Positions 36,744 to 44,892 of a stretch of DNA of 62,203 nucleotides are shown here, piece by piece. Each line of letters opens with the position of its first letter. Position 1 is the stretch's first letter. The notes beneath the pieces were generated by a model. The model saw only the letters and a program-made list of their open reading frames with translations. It did not search any database and was not told the origin of the DNA. Origin of the DNA: a bacterium (GTDB lineage Bacteria; Verrucomicrobiota; Verrucomicrobiia; Limisphaerales; JAJXZI01); contig JAJXZI010000031.1 of the NCBI GenBank assembly GCA_021780115.1, positions 1 to 62,203 of the forward strand, read 5' to 3'. Position numbers and translations under genes: made by a program.

Positions 36744-37439
36744 ATGAAAACCAGGCTCCCGCTTCTCCTGGTGCTGACCCTGGGCCTCAGCCGCTTGGCG
36801 TGGCCGGAGGCCGATCAAAAGGGTGCGGAGAAACTGCTGCGCCAGCCCTCCGCTGCCAGGCTGACCGCGGCCCAAGCACTCACCGAGGCCCTGGCTGGAC
36901 CGGATGGCGAGTATGCCGCCCGCGCCGAGTACGCCGCCATCATCCAGCAATTCGGGGATGTCCAGCCGTTTGCCACGATCGTCCAGGCCGAGCAGCGGCA
37001 CATTGAGTCGCTGAAACGCCACTTCGAAATGCGCGGTCTGGCGGTGCCGGCGGATGATTACTTGGGCAAGGTCGCGCCGCCGGCGTCCCTGGCGGAAGCC
37101 GCTGCCGCCGGCGTGAAGGCGGAAGAACGCAACGTGGCGATGTACGAGCGCTTGCTGGCCGCCACGCGAGACCAGCGCGACCTGCAAAATGTCTTCACGC
37201 TTCTGCAATGGACCTCGCGCGAGCAACATCTGCCAGCGTTCAAGGCCGCCGTGGAGAATCGCGGCCGGCTGGCCGGCGGGCCACTTCCCTGGGCCGGCTG
37301 CCAGCGGGGTGGCGGCAAAGCCGGCGGTGGCTGCGGCGGTTGCGGTCTGGGCTGGGGTCCTCCAGCGGCTGACAGGGCCCCGCCCGGTCCCGGCCGCTGG
37401 CATCGCTGGGGCCACCGCGGTGCGGGCACCGGCAACTGA
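36744..37439 (+). CDS. Secreted DUF2202 (ferritin-like) protein, paralog 2, with a Gly/Cys/His/Trp-rich C-terminal tail
   Basis: The core is collinear with paralog 1 (LTEALAGPDGEYAARAEYAAIIQQFGDVQPFATIVQAEQRHIESLKRHFEMRGLAVP...AAAGVKAEERNVAMYERLL...QWTSREQHLPAFK). It adds the tail GCQRGGGKAGGGCGGCGLGWGPP...GRWHRWGHRGAGTGN. Confidence 0.7.
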   Translation: MKTRLPLLLVLTLGLSRLAWPEADQKGAEKLLRQPSAARLTAAQALTEALAGPDGEYAARAEYAAIIQQFGDVQPFATIVQAEQRHIESLKRHFEMRGLAVPADDYLGKVAPPASLAEAAAAGVKAEERNVAMYERLLAATRDQRDLQNVFTLLQWTSREQHLPAFKAAVENRGRLAGGPLPWAGCQRGGGKAGGGCGGCGLGWGPPAADRAPPGPGRWHRWGHRGAGTGN

Positions 37440-37577
37440 CCTGCGTTCGCTGTGGCGCCGGGACGCGCCCCGCCCGGTCGGGTCGTTCAACATTGTCTTT
37501 CTTCTCACGGCCCGCCGGGCTACACGAACGACGGCCCCGGCCCGCCGATCTTGAGCGGGCCGCCGGGTCCGAGCAGC

Positions 37578-38252
37578 GTGAAAGTCCTCGTCATCGAAGA
37601 TGAAAAGAAGATCGCTTCCCTGATTCGCAAGGGACTGGAGGCGCAAGGCTTCGTCGTGGACGTGTGCGGCCACGGCGACGACGGCTACACGCTGGCCACG
37701 ACGCGGCCCTACGACGCGGCGGTGCTCGACATCATGCTGCCGGGGCGCGACGGCCTGAGCATTCTCCGCAACCTGCGGAGCCGGAAGATTCCGCTGCCGG
37801 TCGTCCTGCTGACGGCCCGCAGCGAACTCAACGAGCGCCTCGAAGGGTTGAACCTCGGCGCGGATGACTACCTCACCAAGCCGTTCTTCATCGAAGAATT
37901 GATCGCCCGCCTCCACGCCGTGACGCGCCGCGCCTCGGGCGTGGGCCAGAGCATCCTGACGGTGGCCGACCTCACGCTGAATCTGCTGACCCGCGAGGTG
38001 AAACGCGGTGAGGCCGTCATCGAGTTGACGCCGCGCGAATTCGCCCTGCTGGAGCATCTGATGCGCTCGCCGGGCCGGGTGCTGACGCGCGTCCAGATTT
38101 GCGAGCAGGTGTGGAGCTACGACTTTGATCCGGGCACCAACCTCGTCGAGGTGTACATCCAGCGCCTCCGGAAGAAGGTGGACGCCGACGCGCCGGTGAA
38201 ATTGATCGAAACCATCCGCGGCGTGGGCTACCGCATCAAGCCGCCGGCATGA
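37578..38252 (+). CDS. OmpR-family response regulator (CusR/CopR heavy-metal type)
   Basis: GTG at 37578 gives (V)KVLVIEDEKKIASLIRKGLEAQGFVVDVCGHGDDG...LDIMLPGRDGLSIL. The winged-helix output domain contains LTPREFALLEHLMRSPGRVLTR...VEVYIQRLRKKVD...IETIRGVGYRI. Confidence 0.9.
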   Translation: MKVLVIEDEKKIASLIRKGLEAQGFVVDVCGHGDDGYTLATTRPYDAAVLDIMLPGRDGLSILRNLRSRKIPLPVVLLTARSELNERLEGLNLGADDYLTKPFFIEELIARLHAVTRRASGVGQSILTVADLTLNLLTREVKRGEAVIELTPREFALLEHLMRSPGRVLTRVQICEQVWSYDFDPGTNLVEVYIQRLRKKVDADAPVKLIETIRGVGYRIKPPA

Positions 38253-39757
38253 AATCCCTGTCCTTCCGTCTAAAAATCGCCTCGCTGTCGGCGCTGATTT
38301 CCGGCGTGGTGCTGCTTGCGTTCGGCGCGGCGTCCTGGTTTCTCATCTACCGGGAAAAAGTCCAGGCGGTGGACACGGACATCCGCTCCCTCGGCACGCG
38401 CCATCCCGGCTGGCTGGCCAATCGCAGCAATTTCGACCGGTTCAACAACTCGCTGGAATTCATCTTCGGCGACGAGCACAAAGGCCAGATTCTCCTGCTG
38501 GTCAAGGACGCGCAGGGGCGGCAGCTCTACGTCTCGCCCGGCTGGCCGAAGGATCTGGTCCCCGGCCAGATTGACTGCGCGCTGGCGGACGACCCGCAGG
38601 CGGCGACCCAAGCCGCCACCGGCGCCGGCGCTGGTTCGCGCGGTCCACCGTGGGCCGGCGGTGGCGGCATGGGGCGCGGGCCGGGCGCGGGCCGCGGCGG
38701 CAATCCCGTCTTGTTCACCAAAATCCCGCGCTTCTTCACCGCGCCAGCCGGCGGTTCGGTCTGGCGCTTTGGCGTGATGGGCAACGACGACCTGCGCGTC
38801 GTGGTCGGCCTGAATTACGACGCCGTCCAGGCCGATTTGAATCGAACGCGCAACGTCTTTCTTGGCGTGCTGCCGATCGCGTTGCTGGTGGTGGGCGGCG
38901 GCGGCTGGCTGGTCGCGGGCCGCGCGCTGCGGCCACTGCGGAGCATCAGCCGGACGGCCGAGGGCGTCACGGCGCGCGGCCTGGCCCAGCGCATTCCGGC
39001 GTCGAACGAAGATCCGGAGATCGCCCGGCTCATCCAGGTGCTCAACGGCATGATGGACCGCTTGGAGACGAGCTTCCGGCAGGCGACCCGCTTCAGCGCC
39101 GACGCCTCGCACGAACTGAAGACGCCGCTGGCGGTCATGCAGGGCGAACTCGAAAACGCGCTGCAGGCGGCGGAGCCGGGTTCGCCGGCCCAGCAGGTCT
39201 TCAGCAACTTGCTCGAAGAGACGCAAAGGTTGAAGCGCATCACCCGCGGCCTGCTCCTGCTCTCGCAAGCTGACGCCGGCCAACTCAAGCTCGCGCTCGA
39301 AGCCGTCCCCCTTAGCGCCGATCTTGAAGCGATGATCGAGGACGCCGGCGTGTTGGCCGGCGAAACGAACCTCCGTTTCGACACCCACATCCCGCCGGAC
39401 ATTTGGGTCCACGCCGACCGCGGCCTGCTGCATACGGCGGTGCTGAACCTCCTCAACAACGCCGTGAAATATAACGAGCCGGGCGGCTCCGTCGGCGTGA
39501 CGCTCGTGGCGGAGCGCGAACAAATCACCCTCACCCTTTGCAACAGCGGACCCGGCATCCCGCCGGCCGATCAGCCTCGGATTTTCGAGCGGTTCTACCG
39601 TGTGGACCAGACCCGCAGCCGGACGCAGGACGGGTTGGGCCTGGGCCTAAGCCTGGCGCGCGAGATTGTTCACGCCCACGGTGGGACGCTCATCCTCAAG
39701 GAGAGCCGGCCGGGGCGGACGGGTTTCATCCTGGCGTTGAAACAACTGGTGCGGTGA
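38249..39757 (+). CDS. Heavy-metal-type sensor histidine kinase (CusS-like) with a Gly-rich insert in the periplasmic loop
   Basis: ATGA overlap with the regulator. The domain order is TM1, periplasmic domain, TM2, HAMP, then the H-box FSADASHELKTPLAVMQGELE. The N/G boxes are NLLNNAVKYN and DGLGLGLSLAREIV. The periplasmic insert reads ATGAGAGSRGPPWAGGGGMGRGPGAGRGGNP. Confidence 0.9.
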   Translation: MKSLSFRLKIASLSALISGVVLLAFGAASWFLIYREKVQAVDTDIRSLGTRHPGWLANRSNFDRFNNSLEFIFGDEHKGQILLLVKDAQGRQLYVSPGWPKDLVPGQIDCALADDPQAATQAATGAGAGSRGPPWAGGGGMGRGPGAGRGGNPVLFTKIPRFFTAPAGGSVWRFGVMGNDDLRVVVGLNYDAVQADLNRTRNVFLGVLPIALLVVGGGGWLVAGRALRPLRSISRTAEGVTARGLAQRIPASNEDPEIARLIQVLNGMMDRLETSFRQATRFSADASHELKTPLAVMQGELENALQAAEPGSPAQQVFSNLLEETQRLKRITRGLLLLSQADAGQLKLALEAVPLSADLEAMIEDAGVLAGETNLRFDTHIPPDIWVHADRGLLHTAVLNLLNNAVKYNEPGGSVGVTLVAEREQITLTLCNSGPGIPPADQPRIFERFYRVDQTRSRTQDGLGLGLSLAREIVHAHGGTLILKESRPGRTGFILALKQLVR

Positions 39758-40007
39758 CACGCCGCCTGGCAACCGAGCGGTCGCGGCGACGCTCAATTTC
39801 GCCGGGAGCGCCCCGCGTCCCGTCCCCGTCGAAAAAAGTGGTTGCTTCCGGGCTGGTTTGCCGCTAATAGTAGCTGCGTCGAAGGTCTTGCAGCGGCGCG
39901 TGAAGGATTGAGACGATTCACTTCCGGTGCCGCGACTTCCCAAAGATTCAATTCGTTGGTTGTTTTTCGGGGTCATTCCCAGAAGCCTTCGGCGACACAA
40001 AGACAGT

Positions 40008-41144
40008 ATGAGCACAGGCAACAATAATCAGGGCTCCGAGCACGGTTCCGGCTACCTCGAGATTTCCGAGAAGGGCTTCGGGTTCCTCCGCACGTCGGAG
40101 AATCATTTTCACCCGAAGCCGACGGACATCTTCGTCACGCCGGACACCATTAAACGGAGTTTCTTGCGTGAAGGCAGCATGGTCGAAGGCCCGCTCCAGG
40201 CGCCGCACCGCGGCAGCAGCCCGCAATTGCGGTCGGTGGAGAAGGTTAACGGGATGGCCTTCGAGGATTACACCAAGGCGGTGCGCTTCGAGAACCTCAC
40301 GACCATCGACCCCATCGAGAAATTCCGGCTCGAAACCAGTCCGGACCTGCTGGAAACGCGCGTGATCGACTTGGTCACGCCCATCGGCAAAGGCACGCGC
40401 GGCCTGATCGTGTCCCCACCGCGCAGCGGCAAGACCACCGTCCTCAAACAACTGGCCAACGCCGTGGTCGCCAACCACCCCGACGTGCAAGTGCTGGTGC
40501 TGCTCATCGATGAGCGCCCGGAGGAGGTCACCGACTTCCAGCGTTCGGTCAAGGCCGAGGTGGTCGCCTCGTCCAACGACCAGGATCTCGAGACGCACGT
40601 CCGGCTTTCCCGGTTCATGATCGAGCGGTGCCGGCGCATGGTGGAGGGCGGCAAGGACGTCTTCGTGCTCATGGACTCGCTGACGCGCATCGCCCGCGCC
40701 TATAACAACGTCCACGGCGGCAGCGGTCGCACGATGACCGGTGGCGTGGACGCCCGGGCGCTCGAAGTGCCGCGCCGCATGTTTGCCTCCGCCCGCAAAA
40801 TCGAAGGCGGCGGCTCGCTCACCATCATCGCCACGGCGCTGGTGGATACCGGATCGCGCATGGACGAACTGATTTTCCAGGAGTTCAAGGGCACGGGCAA
40901 CATGGAGTTGATCCTCGACCGCAAACTGTCCGACCGGCGGCTTTTCCCGGCGATCGACATCCCCAAGAGCGGCACGCGCAAGGAAGAGAAACTGTTCCCG
41001 AAGGGGCAGATCGAGGCCGTCCGCAAACTGCGTCGCATGATGGTGGACCTCAACCCCATCGAGGCGATGGAAACGCTCCTCCAGGCGCTCAAGAAGCACC
41101 GGACGAACGACGAGTTGCTCGCCAAGCTCGAAAAAGGATCCTGA
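40008..41144 (+). CDS. rho: Transcription termination factor Rho
   Basis: GYLEISEKGFGFLR is the CSD-like RNA-binding domain. Walker A is SPPRSGKTTVLKQLA and Walker B is VLVLLIDERPEEV, followed by LMDSLTRIARAYN, GGGSLTIIATALVDTGSRMDE and ELILDRKLSDRRLFPAIDI. Confidence 0.92.
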   Translation: MSTGNNNQGSEHGSGYLEISEKGFGFLRTSENHFHPKPTDIFVTPDTIKRSFLREGSMVEGPLQAPHRGSSPQLRSVEKVNGMAFEDYTKAVRFENLTTIDPIEKFRLETSPDLLETRVIDLVTPIGKGTRGLIVSPPRSGKTTVLKQLANAVVANHPDVQVLVLLIDERPEEVTDFQRSVKAEVVASSNDQDLETHVRLSRFMIERCRRMVEGGKDVFVLMDSLTRIARAYNNVHGGSGRTMTGGVDARALEVPRRMFASARKIEGGGSLTIIATALVDTGSRMDELIFQEFKGTGNMELILDRKLSDRRLFPAIDIPKSGTRKEEKLFPKGQIEAVRKLRRMMVDLNPIEAMETLLQALKKHRTNDELLAKLEKGS

Positions 41145-41229
41145 CGCCGGCGCCGTAAACCGGGACGGCGCGGGGCCAATCGCGGCTCGTGCCCGGGCCC
41201 GCCGCTCCCGGAGCGCTCCGCGACCGCCC

Positions 41230-42213
41230 ATGACACCGGCCTCGCGCCACAGCCGCCCGCCGCTGGAGCGAATGCTCCGCATCCACCAGGCGATCCAGTC
41301 CGGCCACTTTCCCAACACCTCCACGCTGGCGGACGAGCTCGAAGTCAGCACCAAGTCCATCCAGCGCGACCTCGAGTTCATGCGTGAGCGGCTGGAGTTG
41401 CCGCTGGAATACCATCCGCAACGCTTCGGTTATTACTACACCCAGGAGGTCGGTTCCTTTCCCACGCTCCAGATCACCGAAGGCGAGCTGTTCGCGTTGC
41501 TCGTCGCCGAGAAGGCCCTCCAGCAATATCGCGGCACACACTTCGAGAAGCCGCTCGTGAGCGCCTTCAAGAAAATGGCCGCCGCGCTGCCGGACCCCGT
41601 CTCGCTCCACCTTGCCGACTGGGACCAGACCATCTCCTTCCGCACCCGCGCCGAGCCGATCCTGAACCTGGAGGTCTTCGACGCCCTGGCGCGGGCCACC
41701 GCGCGCCGCCAGCAACTCGAGTTGACGTACCGCAAGCCTGCCCGGCAAGAGACCGAACAGCGCCTGGTCGATCCTTACCATCTCGCCAATATCAACGGCG
41801 AATGGTTCCTGTTCGCCTACGACCATCTCCGCCGCGACATCCGCACCTTCGTGCCGGCGCGCATCCAGGCGATCCGGCCGACCGGCCAGACCTTCAGCCG
41901 GCCGCAAAAGTTTTCCCTGGAAAAACGCCTGCGCGACAGCTTCGGCGTCCATTCCGGCCAGGGCGAGTTCGACGTCGTCCTGCGCTTCAATGAACTCGTC
42001 GCCGACTACATCCGGGAAAAGAAATGGCACGACTCCCAGCAGTTGCGCGAGATCAAGGAAGGCGGCGTGGAACTACGGCTCCGACTCTCCAGCTTGGTCG
42101 AGATCGAGCGGTGGGTCTTGAGTTGGGGGGGCAACGCCGTGGTGGTCAAACCCGCCGAACTCGCCACCGCGGTGCGAAGGGCGGCGGAGAAAATTTTGCG
42201 CGCAGTGGGTTGA
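41230..42213 (+). CDS. WYL-domain transcriptional regulator (HTH + WYL + WCX; YafY/CapW/BrxR-like architecture)
   Basis: The N-terminal HTH is RMLRIHQAIQSGHFPNTSTLADELEVSTKSIQRDLEFMRERLELPLEY. The central WYL segment is LVDPYHLANINGEWFLFAYDHLRRDIRTFVPARI. A C-terminal extension is also present. Confidence 0.8.
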   Translation: MTPASRHSRPPLERMLRIHQAIQSGHFPNTSTLADELEVSTKSIQRDLEFMRERLELPLEYHPQRFGYYYTQEVGSFPTLQITEGELFALLVAEKALQQYRGTHFEKPLVSAFKKMAAALPDPVSLHLADWDQTISFRTRAEPILNLEVFDALARATARRQQLELTYRKPARQETEQRLVDPYHLANINGEWFLFAYDHLRRDIRTFVPARIQAIRPTGQTFSRPQKFSLEKRLRDSFGVHSGQGEFDVVLRFNELVADYIREKKWHDSQQLREIKEGGVELRLRLSSLVEIERWVLSWGGNAVVVKPAELATAVRRAAEKILRAVG

Positions 42214-42248
42214 GGCCGGCGCACGGTGCGCCCGGTAGCGGGCCGGGA

Positions 42249-42896
42249 TCAGTTCCGCCGTCGGCGGCCTTCGGTCTTCCGCGTCGCGAGGATTTCCGCC
42301 AGGCAGGAACGGACGGCCGGAGACTTGTCCGGATTGAGCCAGGATCGTTTGACCCAGAAACCGTGAATGCTGGCGGAATCCACGCGTTCCCCGCCCACGG
42401 CGAACTCGGCCAGCATGTCGCCTTCGCGCCGGTAGAAGTGATGGTCCAAGTGCTCCGGGTCAAGGATCCAGTATTCCTGCGCGCCGTGCAATTCGTAGGC
42501 GGCGAACTTGCGGCCGGTGTCATTGCGCGCGGTGCCCGGCGACAGCGCCTCCACCACGAACGTCGGCGCGAAGGGCGCGTGCGTGGGCGCCAGTCGGGCG
42601 GCTTGCGCCTTGGTGAAGAAGGCCAAGTCCGGCAGAAAAGTTTCCCGCACGCTCAACCGGAGGGCGACCGACTCGCGGTGCAACTCGCCGAGATCTTCCT
42701 CCTCGAGGTAGGCGCCCAAGAGACGATCCAGGAAGTTGAGCAGGCGGGCGTGCCGCAAGTTGACGGGTGAATGCATGACGATTTCTCCTCCGATCAAGTC
42801 GGCAAAGACGCCCGGCTGCAGCCACTCAAGGAACTGCTCCGACGTCTGGAGGAGACGCCGGACCGCCGGCCGCCGTGGTTCAACTGCGGTTGCCAT
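42249..42896 (-). CDS. Uma2-family (DUF820) PD-(D/E)xK endonuclease-like protein
   Basis: The protein reads EQFLEW....FADLIGGEIVMHSP.NLRHARLLNFL.RLLGAYL, then ..PDLAFF, VVEALSPGTARNDTGRKFAAYELHGAQEYWILDP. Confidence 0.8.
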   Translation of the reverse strand: MATAVEPRRPAVRRLLQTSEQFLEWLQPGVFADLIGGEIVMHSPVNLRHARLLNFLDRLLGAYLEEEDLGELHRESVALRLSVRETFLPDLAFFTKAQAARLAPTHAPFAPTFVVEALSPGTARNDTGRKFAAYELHGAQEYWILDPEHLDHHFYRREGDMLAEFAVGGERVDSASIHGFWVKRSWLNPDKSPAVRSCLAEILATRKTEGRRRRN

Positions 42897-42940
42897 GCCA
42901 CCACCTTAATCGCCGCCTTGGCGCCGGGCAAGGGTCGCTG

Positions 42941-43903
42941 TCATGTCCGGTCGGCGCCCGGCTCCTGCGGCACAAATGGCTCCAGGGTCCGCTTCGCGAT
43001 GAGCAGGCCCGCCGCTTCGAGGTGCTTTCCCGCAAGCGGATTCGCCGGGCCCGGCAGCGCGTCTGGATGATCGCGGAACACCGGGTCGTGCCAGCCTTCG
43101 ATGTTCAGGTCGGAGTCGTACCCGGCGCGGAGCAAGCCATGCACAATTTCCGCCCAGTTGGCCTGGCCCAAGCCGGGGAAGCGATGCTCCGCGACGCCGG
43201 GATGACACAGGCCGTACCGCTCCAGCAGCGGGCGGTTGATGAAGGCATCCTTGGCGTGGACGTGGAAGATGCGCGCGCCGAACCGGCGGAGATTCGCCAC
43301 TGGATCGATCCACTGGCAGATCAGATGACTCGGGTCCCATTCCAAGCCGATGTTCTCGCACCGGGTGGCGTTGAACAGCCGCTCCCACAGCGCCGGCTGC
43401 GCCATCATATTGAAACCCATGACCGGCAGGTGGTAGGCGGCCATCGGACAATTCTCGAATGCGATCCGCACGCCGTGGTCGGCGGCCCGCCGTGCGATCG
43501 GCTCCCAGAACCGCAACAGCTCCGGCAGGTGGTTCTCGAACGGCCGGTACACCGGATTGCCGCCGCGCGGATGGATCTCCAGTTCGATCACCGCGCCAGC
43601 GAACCCCGCGACGGTGTGGACGCCGAGATGCGCCGCCACTTCGATGGCCCGGTGAAACACCGCGCGGGCATGTTCGGTCTGCGCCGGATCCAGGGGATTT
43701 CTGTAGAGCGCGCCGATGGCCGAAAGACGGAGACCGCGCTCGCGGGCGGCCGCGGCGAACTCCTCGGCGAACGGCTTCCAATCCGCGTTCGGTGGTGCGG
43801 CGGCGCTGCGCTCGAAGGCCATCCACTCCAGCGAGCCGAAGCCGTTTTGCCTCGCCCATTCGAGCTGGGTGAGGCGGGCGTCGGTGAGAAATCCGATGCG
43901 CAT
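42941..43903 (-). CDS. Sugar phosphate isomerase/epimerase (xylose isomerase-like TIM barrel)
   Basis: ATG at 43903 gives MRIGFLTD.... The body contains IAFENCP, GLEWDPSHL, FHVHAKD and LNIEGWHD. Confidence 0.8.
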   Translation of the reverse strand: MRIGFLTDARLTQLEWARQNGFGSLEWMAFERSAAAPPNADWKPFAEEFAAAARERGLRLSAIGALYRNPLDPAQTEHARAVFHRAIEVAAHLGVHTVAGFAGAVIELEIHPRGGNPVYRPFENHLPELLRFWEPIARRAADHGVRIAFENCPMAAYHLPVMGFNMMAQPALWERLFNATRCENIGLEWDPSHLICQWIDPVANLRRFGARIFHVHAKDAFINRPLLERYGLCHPGVAEHRFPGLGQANWAEIVHGLLRAGYDSDLNIEGWHDPVFRDHPDALPGPANPLAGKHLEAAGLLIAKRTLEPFVPQEPGADRT

Positions 43904-44074
43904 GTGCTGCAGCTTAGGCGCGCGGGGCGCTATGTTCACGCGAATTTCCGAGGGCCGGCACAATCAGCCCGCCCGGCGTACCAGAGGGGCGACCTTGCCG
44001 CGTGGGCGAGGTACCGCGACTGGGGATGGCATCCCGACGGCGGACACGCCCGCGAAATCCTTGATTCTATTGGA

Positions 44075-44150
44075 TGGTGGAGCCGAGGGGAGTCGAACCC
44101 CTGACCTTCTCATTGCGAACGAGACGCTCTACCAACTGAGCTACGACCCC
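44075..44150 (-). tRNA. tRNA-Ala (anticodon CGC), CCA encoded
   Basis: The reverse complement GGGGTCGTAGCTCAGTTGGTAGAGCGTCTCGTTCGCAATGAGAAGGTCAGGGGTTCGACTCCCCTCGGCTCCACCA folds as a 76-nt cloverleaf. It has a 7-bp acceptor stem with the G3:U70 alanine identity pair, D arm GCTC/GAGC, anticodon loop TTCGCAA and T arm AGGGG-TTCGACT-CCCCT. Confidence 0.92.
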
Positions 44151-44892
44151 ATCACGCCTGCACATCAACTTGCAGCAGGACCGCTGAGTTTCACTATTCC
44201 CACCCCTGCTGGCGGCGCGAGAAGCCCGTCAGCGGCCCACTCACGTACCGGCGGGTTCTGCCAGATCGGCCAGAACCCGCACCGCGACTCAGCGAACGGT
44301 GGTTACTATGCCATCTTGAGGGACGACGGCAAGCCCAAAGGGGAAGCCGCGCGCAGTCGGGTCGGCGTTCTGGTTCGCCGATTTGGGCGGTCCTTGGCTG
44401 ACCGGGCCGCGTTCTTTTTGGATACCATTTTCCCGTGAGGCAACCAACAGCCTTGCCCCGCCTTCGGCGTAAACCCAGATCTCGATCCGATGCTTGCACC
44501 TGTGGCCGTCGCGGGTTGGCCGTCGGCCTGTCCATTCGTGCGACGATACTGTGGTGGAATTTTACACCGCGCCGCCACCCGCCGGATCTGATGCTCCTTC
44601 GTCGTGTGACAGTGAGGGACTTCCCCCGGCTGCGCGGCCTTGTAACCGCTCCCAAGCCGACCCCGGAAAACCCTGTCCCCGCAGTTGCCACCGCCCACGG
44701 TGACCGGTGGCACTGCCGCCTCGGCTCCGGGGGGCCGGCGTCAGGAGGGAACCCCTCACGACGGACCCGCTCTCCGGCAAGCGCCTTGCTTTAGGCGAGC
44801 CGCCCCAATGACTGCGGCGTGCGCCGTTCGGAGGCGGTTTTCCCGCCCGCCGGTTCGCCTGGGCCTGAGAGAGACATGAAGCCAGTGCAGCG

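Noticed and set aside
44151-44892. 740-nt gene-free gap between the tRNA-Ala and the TPR giant; inspected on both strands for RNase P RNA, SRP RNA, tmRNA and 6S-like features
   Set aside because: Only vague resemblances were found (GGAAGTCC and CAGAACCCGCCGG on the minus strand; GTCAGGAGGGAA on the plus strand). The P4-forming strands are not complementary, and the SRP GGAAGCAGC and tmRNA tRNA-like ends are absent. It is worth an Rfam/Infernal scan, but I cannot support an RNA call. ORFs 44194..44691 and 44306..44713 look like random GC-rich frames.
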